A stretch of 64,000 bases of DNA, from contig JBBRNJ010000001.1 of NCBI GenBank assembly GCA_038230375.1, positions 128,001 through 192,000 on the forward strand, given 5' to 3'. Each line of letters begins with the position of its first letter. The stretch's first letter is position 1. The notes beneath the pieces are model-generated. The model was not told where the DNA came from and ran no database searches. It saw only the letters and a list, made by a program, of their open reading frames with translations. A program made the translations under genes and the position numbers. Positions 39,726 through 50,147 of the stretch are shown here, piece by piece. Origin of the DNA: Polyangiales bacterium. Its GTDB lineage: Bacteria; Myxococcota_A; Polyangia; Polyangiales; Polyangiaceae.

Positions 39726-39801
39726 GGGGTTCTGCAGCCAAATTCTCGGTGCCTCAGCGAATCGAATTCGTGCGTGCGCGTAGCCTACGGCGGCTCCATG
39801 G

Positions 39802-41070
39802 TCACTTGGACGCGGGGGGCGCGCTGTTGCCAAGGGCGTGGGCGAGATCTTGCGATCCGTCGAGTGCGGCGTTGAGGCTCTTGCGCGCGTCATCACCGGT
39901 CTGACCAATGAGCATTCCGCACGCTGCACCCATCGCGCCCAGCTCCTGGGAGTGGTTCAAGATGTGCCCGGCCGAATCCAGCAGATCCGATGCTCCATCA
40001 GCGAGCACCTTCGCGCGCCCGCGTGCGGCCAGGAACACGACAGGGAGATGGCGTTCGAACGCGCCAAGGATGCGCGCGACCTCCTTGTCAGACCGCGCGC
40101 CCGGGTCAACGATGATCGCGAATGATCCATCGGGACAGGCCGCGCGCGCCGCGCCGCTCGCGCTGCAGCTCTTCTGGCAGTCGACGTCTCCCGAACACTT
40201 TGGCGCGGCAAGCGGCTTCGTACAGGTCTGCGCGAGCATCGCCTCGCTGCACGTCCCCGCGCAGATGGCGTCACAATGATCCCCGGCGTCGCGAAGAGCG
40301 CAGTCGCCCGTACATGTTCCCGTACACACGCTGCTGCACGTGCAGCCTCCCGTGCAGTCCATGGCGTCGTCGGCCACCGCGCCACAGGTGCCCACGCAAG
40401 CTCCGTTGCAGGTGCCTGTGCATGATGCGGGGGCGGTCTCTGCTCCTATGCATTTTCCCGTGCAGGTCCCGGCGCAGACACCCTCTCGCGCATCTCGAGG
40501 GCAGCGCTCCTCCGTAGATGCCTCGGTGCACCCAGCCTGCGCGACGCACTTCTGTTCGCAGGCCACCTGAAAGCTGGTGTCGGTCGTGCACTGCGGCGTG
40601 ATGACCTGAAGCGCGAAGTGCAAGCGGTCGAGGCGTGGTCGCACGTTCGCGACGCGCTCGGCGGCGATCTTGCACCACTCACGCGCCGCGTCTGGCTCCG
40701 ACTTTCCCGCGATGCGAGGATCCGCCGGATTGGCTCCAAGCTCCACGGCAAGGCCGGAGCACGCGCCACTCACCTCGTGCAGCATGTGGCTCGCCACCGC
40801 GGCCAGGTCGCTCGCAGCTTGCGCGAACGCGCCGTAGGAGCGCTGGAGATCGCCAGTGACGCCGAACGTGGATTTCGAGAGATCCGCGCCGGCCCGAAAA
40901 TCCGTACATACGACCGAGGTCGGCTCGGGGTTGGTGCCGCATCCGCTCGCCATCAGAGCAGCGCCGACCGCAAGACCCGTCACGATCGCGATCGATCGCC
41001 TCGCGTTCAACGTGGCCCCTTCCCGCCGTCGGTTGGGTTGAATGCGGTTCTGGTTCGCCGGCTTGTTCAT
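39802..41070 (-). CDS. Cys-rich myxobacterial lipoprotein (CxGxCxGxC repeats)
   Basis: Lipobox ASGC; CAGTCTGKC, CTGTCNGAC, CTGTCTGDC; ATGA overlap with the upstream gene. Confidence 0.8.
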   Translation of the reverse strand: MNKPANQNRIQPNRRREGATLNARRSIAIVTGLAVGAALMASGCGTNPEPTSVVCTDFRAGADLSKSTFGVTGDLQRSYGAFAQAASDLAAVASHMLHEVSGACSGLAVELGANPADPRIAGKSEPDAAREWCKIAAERVANVRPRLDRLHFALQVITPQCTTDTSFQVACEQKCVAQAGCTEASTEERCPRDAREGVCAGTCTGKCIGAETAPASCTGTCNGACVGTCGAVADDAMDCTGGCTCSSVCTGTCTGDCALRDAGDHCDAICAGTCSEAMLAQTCTKPLAAPKCSGDVDCQKSCSASGAARAACPDGSFAIIVDPGARSDKEVARILGAFERHLPVVFLAARGRAKVLADGASDLLDSAGHILNHSQELGAMGAACGMLIGQTGDDARKSLNAALDGSQDLAHALGNSAPPASK

Positions 41071-41765
41071 AGTGCGTATCCGATCTCGAGAAGGTGGATG
41101 ACCGGGACAGGTGCTTTCGCCGTGTAGCGCATGGCGTCAGCGACGCTGCCTTTGCCTTCGATCGGGACCACGAGTCCGTACTTCGCTGCGTCGAAGCTGG
41201 GTGCGTCGCTCACGATGGGGAGCTCCACGCCGACATCAAACCCAAGGGTCAATCGCTGCGTCAGCATCCACTGGAAACCAGCATGAGGTGAGATGTAGAC
41301 GACGCTGGCGTAGGCATGTGCATCGACCTTCTGCATCTGGCGGAAGGCGAGACGATCCTCGGACATGGTCCCCTTCGTCTGCGCATAGCCCCCCGCCACC
41401 CCAAGAAAGAAGGCATTGCGAAATGGAAAGACGCGCGCGAAGGCCTCGGCCGACGCGCGGCGCGTCGTGGCTGCAGTTCCCGGAAGTGGTGTGTCTGGCA
41501 AGTAGGAGAACGCGGCGCCAGCGCCGAGCAATCCTCGCCACTTCCCGAAGAGCCCAAGGCGAGCGCCATCAGGCGCGCCCGCGCCGACGGTGGGTCCGAG
41601 CCGAAACGAACCCAGGAGGCCCTGCTCGGTATATCGAGACACCACGGCCGGAGCGTCGGGAGCGCGAGCTGGGTCGGCGTGCACATCGGGGGTCATGGAG
41701 ACGCCCGCGACGACGAGTGCAAGCCCAGTGAAGGCCGAAAACTTCGCACGCAAGGATGTCCCCAT
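41067..41765 (-). CDS. Exported protein, probable small outer-membrane beta-barrel
   Basis: Signal peptide ending VHA; alternating amphipathic strands; ends LLEIGYAL; GGAGG SD. Confidence 0.6.
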   Translation of the reverse strand: MGTSLRAKFSAFTGLALVVAGVSMTPDVHADPARAPDAPAVVSRYTEQGLLGSFRLGPTVGAGAPDGARLGLFGKWRGLLGAGAAFSYLPDTPLPGTAATTRRASAEAFARVFPFRNAFFLGVAGGYAQTKGTMSEDRLAFRQMQKVDAHAYASVVYISPHAGFQWMLTQRLTLGFDVGVELPIVSDAPSFDAAKYGLVVPIEGKGSVADAMRYTAKAPVPVIHLLEIGYAL

Positions 41766-41927
41766 CCTCCGGGGAACGACAGCCCGCCGGCTTCCTGAAG
41801 CTCGGATGCGTCAGGGGATCGGAGATGGGTCGAGTTCACGATGGCGTGATCTCGCTGTCATGCCCCCGTCGAGTCTGTCGCGCTGCTTGAAACACCGAAG
41901 AGCGTGGGACTCCGGGAAAAGCGCGCC

Positions 41928-41943
41928 TGGCACGCGCGCTGCA
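41928..41943 (+). promoter_or_regulatory. Putative sigma-54 (-24/-12) promoter
   Basis: TGGCACGCGCGCTGCA fits TGGCAC-N5-YTGC with GG-N10-GC spacing, 12 nt before the ATG at 41956. Confidence 0.55.
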
Positions 41944-41955
41944 CCGGCGCGGGCC

Positions 41956-43512
41956 ATGCGTACTTATTCTTCCGTCTTCGCCTTGTTCGCTACGGCTCTC
42001 GTCGCATGCTCCGCCAGCGACGGCTTCGTCAAAGCGCCTCCTACCGGCAGCGACGGCGCGGGCTCCTCTGGCTCTGGCTCTGGCTCTGGCTCCGGCTCCG
42101 GCTCTGGCGCCTCTGCTGCGGCGCTCTCATGCACGTCGAGCGGCATCCCTGCGCCCGTCGACCTTCCACCGCAGCCGGTCCCGGGCAGCCTGTGCTTGAC
42201 GATCCCGTTGAAGACGGTCGCAAGCGCGATCGGGCGCGCTGCATCCGACGTTGCAATGATGGACGCCGACGTGCTCCTCGGCCTCGACTGCGCTGGAATC
42301 GGGAGCGCGCCGCAAGGAACGGACTTCGTGATCGCAGCGGCGCTCCGCAAGGACGAGACCGGCGCCGACTATACGAAGGACGTCCGCGTGCCGTTGCCGA
42401 GCGCCGTTGGCGGCACCGACGTGGGGCTCTCGGTGGGCACAACGCTCCTCGTCGCCAAGGTCGCCTCGTTCCAGGGCAACAACACGCTTCGCTTCGTGAA
42501 CGTCGGCACGGTGAAAGAGGAGAACGGCGCCCGCTTCATCGAGACCCTCCCGGCGGCCGCGCGCGCGCAGATGAGCGGCGCGATGAAGGTCGACGGCCCC
42601 GGCCTCTACGCCTTCTTCGTGTCGCAGACCCCGGTCGGTTTCGTGTCGGGCACCGTCGCGAAGAGCGGCGCGAAGGTCCCGGGAGCGGTCGCGATCGGCA
42701 CGAGCGCCCCGTTCCTCACCGTTGCGGACGCACATGGCGGATACACGCTGCCGCTCGCGCGCGGCAACGCCGGCGTGGCGGCGTACGAACTGTCGACATC
42801 GGCAACAGGGGAGGTTTTCCTGCCGGTCGAGGAGGGCGGGAAGACCAACCCGAAGACGAACAAGCCGGTCCAGACGAAAGGCAAGGACACGCCGATCGCG
42901 GGACTCGACGCCGTGAACCTCACCGGTGCGGACATTGACCTGGAGGCGCCGCCTGCGGTCGCCCCTGGCGCCGGGGATTTCGAGAGCGGGGCGTTCGAGC
43001 CGTGGAAGGCCGAGGGCGACGTGGCAGTCGTGAGCGATCAGATGAGCACGCTGTTCCCCGGCTCCAGCAAGACGAGGTTCGCGTTCCTCAGCACCGGCGC
43101 GGGCTCGCGCTCCGGCATCGCAAGCCGCATGGTCCGCGAGCTCACCGTGCCCGATGGGGTGAAGGCGCTTGTCATCGAGTACGACGTGATGTCCCAGGAG
43201 TACCCGAACTGGGTCGGCACCATCTACAATGACTTCTTCGTTGCATACGCCGCTGGTGACCAGCGGTTCCTCGTGGCCGAGACCGTGAGCGGCAACGCCG
43301 GCGCCTGGAAGAACTTCGGCAAGCAGGTGGGCAACGTGGGCATGTCAGCGGCCGAGAACGGCGTGTTCAACGGCATCACGGGCACGCGCACCAAGCGCAT
43401 CCCGGTCGACGGCTGCGCCGGGAAGCGCATCACACTGGTGCTCGGGGTCTCCGACGTCGGAGACGACATCTACGATACCGCGGTCGCCGTGCAGCGCGTG
43501 GCGTTCGAGTAG
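41956..43512 (+). CDS. Lipoprotein with Gly/Ser linker and C-terminal choice-of-anchor-L-like beta-sandwich
   Basis: Lipobox LVAC; (GS)n linker; LSTG, SQEYPNWVGTIYNDFF, SDVGDDIYDTAV. Confidence 0.65.
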   Translation: MRTYSSVFALFATALVACSASDGFVKAPPTGSDGAGSSGSGSGSGSGSGSGASAAALSCTSSGIPAPVDLPPQPVPGSLCLTIPLKTVASAIGRAASDVAMMDADVLLGLDCAGIGSAPQGTDFVIAAALRKDETGADYTKDVRVPLPSAVGGTDVGLSVGTTLLVAKVASFQGNNTLRFVNVGTVKEENGARFIETLPAAARAQMSGAMKVDGPGLYAFFVSQTPVGFVSGTVAKSGAKVPGAVAIGTSAPFLTVADAHGGYTLPLARGNAGVAAYELSTSATGEVFLPVEEGGKTNPKTNKPVQTKGKDTPIAGLDAVNLTGADIDLEAPPAVAPGAGDFESGAFEPWKAEGDVAVVSDQMSTLFPGSSKTRFAFLSTGAGSRSGIASRMVRELTVPDGVKALVIEYDVMSQEYPNWVGTIYNDFFVAYAAGDQRFLVAETVSGNAGAWKNFGKQVGNVGMSAAENGVFNGITGTRTKRIPVDGCAGKRITLVLGVSDVGDDIYDTAVAVQRVAFE

Positions 43513-43530
43513 CGAAAACCCACGCGAGAC

Positions 43531-44232
43531 TCAGGGAATGGGAGATGGTGCGATGCCTGCGCGGCGGAGCATCTCGTCGTGGAATTTCTTGCGGCGCCAG
43601 ATGGGTGCGTCGAAGCGGACCTCGATGGTGCGGGACGAGCCAACGATGCGGGCCATGTGCACCTTGATCTTCAACGCGCGATAGATCATCCACGCAGTGC
43701 CCACCACGAACGGCGCGCCGAACGCGAGGAACACCGGGTGCTGCGTGATGCCGAGTGACACGAAGAGCAGCGCGAGCGGGAACGGAAGGATCGCGGTGGC
43801 CACGAGCTTCAGCACGTCCACCTTGCGCCACACGGCGATGGTGAAGATGTCACCGAAGTAGACGCCGTTCTGATCGATCGGAATGTATCCGGTCACGGGA
43901 TCCAGCGTGCCTTCGCTCACGCCCTCTGGTGCCACGAGCGCCATCTTGCGCAGCACGATGCCGTTCGACACGGCCTTCACACGCTCGGTGCGCGGATCGA
44001 ACGGCAACGGGACCACGCGCGAATCGGCACGCGCGCCTGCATGCAATGCGTACACGAGGCCGCAGCCGGCGCACGAGAGGATGCCCGTCGCGGCCTGCGC
44101 GCCGACACCGCACTTCGGACAACCAAGTGCATGCGGCGGAGTGGTCGCGAACTGCGGTGGCGGCGGCTGCCCATTCAACAGCGGCTGGTTCGGATCGCCC
44201 AGGCTGGACTGGGCGGGCGGAGCAGGCACCAT
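43531..44232 (-). CDS. Hypothetical zinc-ribbon membrane protein
   Basis: CPKCG...CAGCG; two TM helices; ATG overlaps the NUDIX stop (TGATG). Confidence 0.65.
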   Translation of the reverse strand: MVPAPPAQSSLGDPNQPLLNGQPPPPQFATTPPHALGCPKCGVGAQAATGILSCAGCGLVYALHAGARADSRVVPLPFDPRTERVKAVSNGIVLRKMALVAPEGVSEGTLDPVTGYIPIDQNGVYFGDIFTIAVWRKVDVLKLVATAILPFPLALLFVSLGITQHPVFLAFGAPFVVGTAWMIYRALKIKVHMARIVGSSRTIEVRFDAPIWRRKKFHDEMLRRAGIAPSPIP

Positions 44233-44786
44233 CAGATCGCCTCGAAGCCGTGTGCCGCCGTGTTGCCGACGGACGCGAAGTATTTCTCCGCGGCGCGAAT
44301 GTGCAGCGGGAACGCGAAGACGTCCGCAAGTCCGCCGGGCCCGTAGATGAGGCCGCGCTCTTGCGTCTCGTGATTGGGCGTGAACGCAGCGACACTCGCC
44401 GCATCCACGGGCGACGCCACGGAGAACAACAGCACCCGGTTCGGGCGCGGCTCCGTGGAGGTGAACCAGAACGGCGTGAGCGTGGCGGGGTCGACCGTTG
44501 CGCCGGTCTCTTCCACGAGCTCGCGAGCGCCGCCCTGCTGCCAGGTCTCGTGCTCCTCCAGGAAGCCGCCGACGAGCGCGAGCTTTCCGAGCCCGGGCTG
44601 GATGCCGCGACGCACCGTGAGGAGGCCTTCGCGGTCCCCGCGCTTCACGGGGAGGAGGACAACGGAGACCGGCGTGGGGTTCGCCCAGACCTGCGTCTTG
44701 CAGCCAGAGCAAGAGCGCGGGTAGGCCGCCGCGGATTCGTATTTCACGCCGCAGAAGGAGCAGAACGTGTCGCGTGCGAGGCTCAT
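44232..44786 (-). CDS. NUDIX hydrolase with N-terminal zinc ribbon
   Basis: FCSFCG...CSGC; Nudix box GGFLEEHETWQQGGARELVEETG. Confidence 0.9.
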   Translation of the reverse strand: MSLARDTFCSFCGVKYESAAAYPRSCSGCKTQVWANPTPVSVVLLPVKRGDREGLLTVRRGIQPGLGKLALVGGFLEEHETWQQGGARELVEETGATVDPATLTPFWFTSTEPRPNRVLLFSVASPVDAASVAAFTPNHETQERGLIYGPGGLADVFAFPLHIRAAEKYFASVGNTAAHGFEAI

Positions 44787-44843
44787 GGGGGACGATGGTC
44801 GACGGGATGGGGAAGAAGCACAACCCAGAAGGACGAGGAGAAT

Positions 44844-44876
44844 GACGTGGACTTCGACCTCGACTTCGACTCGGAC
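44844..44876. repeat. Intergenic (GACnnn)n hexamer repeat
   Basis: GACGTG GACTTC GACCTC GACTTC GACTCG GAC directly after the stop at 44880. Confidence 0.55.
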
Positions 44877-44879
44877 CCA

Positions 44880-46769
44880 CTACGGCGTGTAGCGGGTGCA
44901 CGTGCCCGCGTGATCTTCCGTCACGAAGCCGTGGTAGCGGCCCGACCAGTACGCGGCGAGGTAGTCGACGCCGGGATACACGAGCAGCGGATCGCCGCCA
45001 TCTTGTAGCTGCCACGGCTGTCGCTGCCAGATGAAGTCGTCCACCACGCGGTCCTTCACGTCCACCGCTCGCGTCGCCGTATCGCAGAGCGTGGGAGACG
45101 TGCATGACGAATCGTGAGGTGTGTACGCGGCGACCGCCAAGGTGTCGCGCGCGACATGCACGCGCGGGCCAGCCGAGAACTGCGCGAGCTGCGCGTTTGC
45201 AGCGGCGATCGCCGTGGGGTCCGCGCCCGTACGCGTGCCGCCCCAGAGGAAGGCGAAGTAGGCGCTCTTGTGCCCGCTGAGCGCCTTCCACATGGCCTTG
45301 TCCATCACGTCGTCCTTGATGCGCGCGCCGAGCACGGGATCCTTCTCCATCGACGCGTACGCGTACGCCATGATGAACGCGATGTGGTTCGCGAAGTAGC
45401 CATTGCCGCAGTTCGCACTGAAGGTCCACGTGGCGGCCACATCCAGCCACGCGGCGGCGTTGGCCGCGTAGTACGTTGCGAGCGCGTCGTGCTGCGTCTT
45501 CATCGCGGGCACACCGTCCGTCATCACGATCGCCATCTTCACCATCGCGCCGAGCATGACCGAGCTCGACGGCCGCTTGATGGGCACGTTCAGGCCGAGC
45601 GTCTGCTTCGCGATGACGGAGTAGTCCGGGAAGAACTCGCGCATGCCGTGGATCTGCGCGTCCGAAGCGCTGGAGGTATCGAGCGTGATCTGGACGTGTC
45701 CGTTCGTCATCTCGCTGGGCACCAGGATGACGTTCTCGAGCACGAGCGACTTCTGGATCGGGACGCCGTTGATGACGATCGACGCGGGCACAGCCGGTCG
45801 GACCTTCGTGAGCTCCATGGCCACGGCGGTCACGTCCTCGCGGATCATCTTCCGCACCGCTTCGTCAGGCGACGCCATGTACGCGACGTACTCGCCGAGC
45901 ATGAAGCCCGTGTACTGGTCGCGGCTGATGCCGCCCAGCCAGTCCACCATCGCGCCGCCATGGCTCACGCCGCAGTGCCACTCTGGATCTGCGCAGCGGT
46001 TCGCGACATCCAGCGGCGTGGTGGACGCGGATGGCACGACCACGCGCGCGAGCGAGCCCGGCTCACCCGTGACGGCCAGATCGCGATGCATGGTGTTCGC
46101 AAGGGCCTTCACCTGCGCGGCGGCGTCGGGGGAGCCCGTTGCCATGAGCCGCCACGCCTCGGCGGCCAGCGCACTGCCGGTCCAGATGGCAGCGTCGTGA
46201 TAGCCGCTGTAGCTCCCGACCTTGGTGAAGGTGGCATCCGTGTATCGTGCATTCATCACGGCGCCTTCGGGCAGGTTCCCGGCGCGGAGCAGCCTGTCGT
46301 AGTCGCGCGCGCGATCATGCTCGTTTCCCGCGGGGTCCGCGCTCGCGTACGCCTTCGTTCCCATGTTCCAGAGCTTGCACGTGTTCGCGCCGCTCTTCGC
46401 GCCGAGCACGCACTCGTCGGCACATGCGGACGCGGAGCACTTGCCGGCGAAGCAGCCGGCCGCGCAGGTCTCGGTGACCCACGACGAACCCGCGGCGGTC
46501 TGCACGCAGTGAGATCGCGTGTTGTAGAATGCACACGTCTCGGTCGGTCCGTCTGTGCACCCAAAGACGGGGCCGGCGTCCGTCGCGCCTCCGCCCGCAT
46601 CGCTGCCCGCACCCGTCGCGCCGCCGCCTGCGTCCACCGCGCTCGCGCCACCGTCATCCCCCGCGGGGGTGGTGGCGGACGTGTCCGTGCCCACACCACT
46701 GTCACTGCATGCGACGAGCGCGATGCAGCCAAGGAGCACGGCGGGAAAGGCTCGGAGCATGGATCGCAT
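44880..46769 (-). CDS. Lipoprotein of unknown function, probable (alpha/alpha)-barrel; paralogue of 57630-59654
   Basis: Lipobox LVAC; DAAIWTG, GGISRDQYTG, YPGVDYLAAYWSGRYHG. Confidence 0.7.
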   Translation of the reverse strand: MRSMLRAFPAVLLGCIALVACSDSGVGTDTSATTPAGDDGGASAVDAGGGATGAGSDAGGGATDAGPVFGCTDGPTETCAFYNTRSHCVQTAAGSSWVTETCAAGCFAGKCSASACADECVLGAKSGANTCKLWNMGTKAYASADPAGNEHDRARDYDRLLRAGNLPEGAVMNARYTDATFTKVGSYSGYHDAAIWTGSALAAEAWRLMATGSPDAAAQVKALANTMHRDLAVTGEPGSLARVVVPSASTTPLDVANRCADPEWHCGVSHGGAMVDWLGGISRDQYTGFMLGEYVAYMASPDEAVRKMIREDVTAVAMELTKVRPAVPASIVINGVPIQKSLVLENVILVPSEMTNGHVQITLDTSSASDAQIHGMREFFPDYSVIAKQTLGLNVPIKRPSSSVMLGAMVKMAIVMTDGVPAMKTQHDALATYYAANAAAWLDVAATWTFSANCGNGYFANHIAFIMAYAYASMEKDPVLGARIKDDVMDKAMWKALSGHKSAYFAFLWGGTRTGADPTAIAAANAQLAQFSAGPRVHVARDTLAVAAYTPHDSSCTSPTLCDTATRAVDVKDRVVDDFIWQRQPWQLQDGGDPLLVYPGVDYLAAYWSGRYHGFVTEDHAGTCTRYTP

Positions 46770-46856
46770 GGCAGCTCTCTTCCCAGACCGCAGGCCGCCA
46801 GGGTAGGTCTTCGCGCGCCAAATCGACTGGCGTTGCGCGCCAGCCCTGCGCAGAAG

Positions 46857-47849
46857 CTACTTCTCTTGCTTGTCGGCACGCTCGCGAAAGGCCGCGGGGC
46901 TGGTGCCGGTCCAGCGACGAAACGCCCGAAAAAATGCGCTCGGTTCGGAGAGCCCGAGCGCGAACGCGACCTCTGTCACGCTCATGCTGCCCTGCGTGAG
47001 GAGCCGCAGCGCGCGCTCTCGGCGCACGTCGTCCAGGATCCGCTTGTGCGACGTACCGCGACGCTGCAGCTCGCGTTGAAGGGTGCGGCGCGTGAGATGC
47101 AGCCGGCCGGCGAGCGACTCCAGCGACACGTCGCGCGAAGCGAGCAGGTCCCCCACCGCTACGTGCGCGCGACCCAGGAACGGATCGGGCGCGTCAGCCG
47201 GCGGCGTCATCGCCTTCATGTTCTCTTCCAGCACCTCTGCCAATGACGCAGCGGCCGTCAGCAATGGTTGGCCGAGCAGTTCGCGGCCCAGCGCGAGACG
47301 ATCCGCTTCGGCTCCGAACGTGACGGCGCGTCCGAAGAACGCGGTGTACGGCGCCACGTCCTTCGGCGCGGCGTGCGTGAAGGTCACCTCTTCGAAGGCA
47401 ACGTGACGCCCCAGCGTCTGCTTCACGCGGATCGCCACCATGGCCACGCCGAACTCTGCCCAGTGGCGGCTGTGTGTGCGCGTGCCGCCGCGCTCGAACG
47501 TCAACGTGGCCCGCGTGGCGTCCTCGACCATGAGGAGCTTCACGCGCTCCGTCACGACACCGTAGTAGCGCGCGGTCCTTCGCAACGCGTCGCGCAGCGT
47601 GGGGCTCGTGCAGAGTGCGTAGTCCAGCACGCCGAGTCCGCCGATGGGGATGCGCGTGGCAAGGTCGAGCGCCAGGTGCGGATTCTTCGCGGCGCGCGCG
47701 GCCTCGTCGATCAGCGCGTCGGCGGCGTCACCAGGCACGTGCGATGCGCCGGCGGGCGGATGTGCGGGCATGCGGACGCCCAGGTCCTCCACGAGCGCGC
47801 GCAGGACCGGTCCGACGATGGCGCTGGCGATGCCCTGCTCGTGCCCCAT
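46857..47849 (-). CDS. AraC family transcriptional regulator (OruR/ArgR-like ligand-binding domain)
   Basis: GVLDYALCTSPTLRDAL; LAGRLHLTRRTLQREL; VAFALGLSEPSAFFRAFRRWTG. Confidence 0.92.
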   Translation of the reverse strand: MGHEQGIASAIVGPVLRALVEDLGVRMPAHPPAGASHVPGDAADALIDEAARAAKNPHLALDLATRIPIGGLGVLDYALCTSPTLRDALRRTARYYGVVTERVKLLMVEDATRATLTFERGGTRTHSRHWAEFGVAMVAIRVKQTLGRHVAFEEVTFTHAAPKDVAPYTAFFGRAVTFGAEADRLALGRELLGQPLLTAAASLAEVLEENMKAMTPPADAPDPFLGRAHVAVGDLLASRDVSLESLAGRLHLTRRTLQRELQRRGTSHKRILDDVRRERALRLLTQGSMSVTEVAFALGLSEPSAFFRAFRRWTGTSPAAFRERADKQEK

Positions 47850-47913
47850 GGGGTGGGCCGAGTATAGCGGGCTTGCCGCAGACCTTGGCACCTGGAGCGT
47901 GTATGATTGCGGC

Positions 47914-50118
47914 GTGAAAACGCCCGGAACGCTTGCCTGGTTGCCCCTCTCGGTGCTGGTGTCCACCATCGGTGCCTGCACCACCGAACCGCCTCCGAAG
48001 CTTCCACTGCCCACCATGGCGCTGGTCACGGGCAACGAGCCCATCGTGACGGACGCACCGCGTGGGCATCACACGCGCCGTCACCACTACCCGGAGACGC
48101 GGCGTGAGGCGACGAGCGACACCGTCTTCGACAAGATCGTCGCGGACCCGTACCGCTGGCTCGAAGACGGCAAGAGCGACGAGACGCGCGCGTGGATGAA
48201 GGAACAGGACGACGCAGCGCGCGCCGTGCTCCACAAGCTCCCCGAGCGCGATGCGGTCGCCGCGCGCCTCAAGGAGGTCTACTACGTGGACTCGCTCGGC
48301 GTGCCCGGGCACCGCGGCAACCGATACTTCGTCACGTGGAAGAAGGCACAGGACGAGAAGGCGATCGTCTACGTGCGTGACGGCAAGAAGGGCACGGACC
48401 GCGTGCTCCTCAATCCCAACGAGTGGGCCGCGGATGGCAGCTCGTCGCTTGGCTCCACCGCCGCCACGCACGACGGTCGCTACATGGCGTACACCGTGAA
48501 GGCGAACAACTCCGACGAAGCCACGATGTACGTGATCGACGTGGCCACCGGGAAGAAGCTCGACAAGGACGTCATCCCCGGCGCGAAGTACGCGAGCGCA
48601 TCGTGGACGCCCACGGGCGACGGCTTCTATTACACGTGGCTCCCCACGGACCCAGCGATCACGCCCGCCGAGCGGCCCGGCTACTCGGAGGTGCGCTTCC
48701 ACAAGCTCGGCACCGATCCCGCGACCGACACGGTCATTCGCGAGCGCACGAACGACGCGACCACGTTCCTCCACGGCTGGCTCTCGTGGGACGGCAACTA
48801 CCTGTTTCACGAGCTCGCGCACGGCTGGGCGTCGGAGCAGGTCTTCGTGAAGGACCTTCGCAAGAAGGGCGCAGGCTGGACGGAGCTCGCGCCTGGACAG
48901 AAGGCCCACTACGACGTGGAGGAGTACAAGGACCAGCTCTACATCACCACCGACGAGGGCGCGCCGCACCAGCGCGTGTTCCGCGTGGACGCGAAGAACC
49001 CCGATCGCGCCGCGTGGAAGGAGATCATCCCCGAGCCCAAGGACGAGTCGATCCGAAGCGTCGCCATCCGCGGCGGCAAGCTGACGGTCACCTATCTGAA
49101 GAACGCGTTCGGGCGACTCGAGCTCCGCGCGCTCGACGGGAAGATCGAGCGCGACGTCACGCTCCCGGGAATTGGCAGCGTCACCGGCGTATCCGGGTTG
49201 CCCGACGACAGCGAGAGCTGGTTCTCGTACACGTCCTTCACCGAGACCTGGCAGAGCTTCGCGCTGGACCCGAGGACCGGGAAGACGGAGGTCTACTCGA
49301 CCGTCAAGGTGCCGTTCGATGCGACGCCGTACACGACCACGCAGGTGTTCTATCCGTCCAAGGACGGCACGAAGATCTCCATGTTCATCGTGCACAGGAA
49401 GGACATGGTGAAGGGCAAGCCGCAGCGCACGATGCTCTACGGATACGGCGGATTCCAGAGCACGGAGACACCCAGCTTCAACTCCGGGATCATCCCGTGG
49501 CTCGAGCGCGGCGGCATCTACGCCGTCGCCAACCTTCGCGGCGGCTCCGAGTACGGCGAGGACTGGCACCAGAACGGGATGCTCGAGAAGAAGCAGAACG
49601 TCTTTGACGACTTCATCGGTGCGGCCGAGTACCTGATACATGAAGGATACACGGATCGCACACGGCTCGCGATCTACGGCGCCTCGAACGGCGGGCTCCT
49701 CATGGGCGCCGCGATGACGCAGCGACCAGACCTGTACGCGGCCGTGCTCTGCGGCGTGCCGCTCCTGGACATGGTGCGCTATCACCGCTTCGGCAGCGGC
49801 AAGACCTGGGTGAGCGAGTACGGCTCCGCGGAGTCCGAGAGCCAGTTCCGCGCGCTCTTCGCGTACTCGCCGTACCACCACGTGGTGGACGGGACCAAGT
49901 ACCCGCCCCTCCTCATGCTCAGCGCAGACAGCGACGACCGCGTCGACCCGATGCACGCGCGCAAGTTCGTGGCGCAGATCCAGGCGGCGAGCGAGGGCGG
50001 GCCCGTCCTCTTGCGCATCGAGAAGAACAGCGGGCACGGCGGCGCGGACCTGCGCAAGGCGGAAGTGGAGAAGGGCGCGGACCGCTGGGCCTTCGCGCTG
50101 GCCCACACGAAGCCCTGA
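47914..50118 (+). CDS. Prolyl oligopeptidase (S9A), probable lipoprotein
   Basis: [29 protein letters not shown] (Ser), DDRVDPMH (Asp), SGHG (His); lipobox IGAC. Confidence 0.95.
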   Translation: MKTPGTLAWLPLSVLVSTIGACTTEPPPKLPLPTMALVTGNEPIVTDAPRGHHTRRHHYPETRREATSDTVFDKIVADPYRWLEDGKSDETRAWMKEQDDAARAVLHKLPERDAVAARLKEVYYVDSLGVPGHRGNRYFVTWKKAQDEKAIVYVRDGKKGTDRVLLNPNEWAADGSSSLGSTAATHDGRYMAYTVKANNSDEATMYVIDVATGKKLDKDVIPGAKYASASWTPTGDGFYYTWLPTDPAITPAERPGYSEVRFHKLGTDPATDTVIRERTNDATTFLHGWLSWDGNYLFHELAHGWASEQVFVKDLRKKGAGWTELAPGQKAHYDVEEYKDQLYITTDEGAPHQRVFRVDAKNPDRAAWKEIIPEPKDESIRSVAIRGGKLTVTYLKNAFGRLELRALDGKIERDVTLPGIGSVTGVSGLPDDSESWFSYTSFTETWQSFALDPRTGKTEVYSTVKVPFDATPYTTTQVFYPSKDGTKISMFIVHRKDMVKGKPQRTMLYGYGGFQSTETPSFNSGIIPWLERGGIYAVANLRGGSEYGEDWHQNGMLEKKQNVFDDFIGAAEYLIHEGYTDRTRLAIYGASNGGLLMGAAMTQRPDLYAAVLCGVPLLDMVRYHRFGSGKTWVSEYGSAESESQFRALFAYSPYHHVVDGTKYPPLLMLSADSDDRVDPMHARKFVAQIQAASEGGPVLLRIEKNSGHGGADLRKAEVEKGADRWAFALAHTKP

Positions 50119-50147
50119 GCCCGGCGCCACGCGGCATCAGCGCGACG

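Noticed and set aside
42061..42108. (GGCTCT/GGCTCC)n microsatellite as a phase-variation tract
   Set aside because: The 6-bp unit keeps the frame and encodes an ordinary Gly-Ser linker
43531..45450. 639-aa ORF as listed in the track
   Set aside because: Its upstream part overlaps the NUDIX and lipoprotein genes in other frames; the real gene starts at ATG 44232
47728..50130. 800-aa minus-strand ORF
   Set aside because: Antisense to the unambiguous prolyl oligopeptidase
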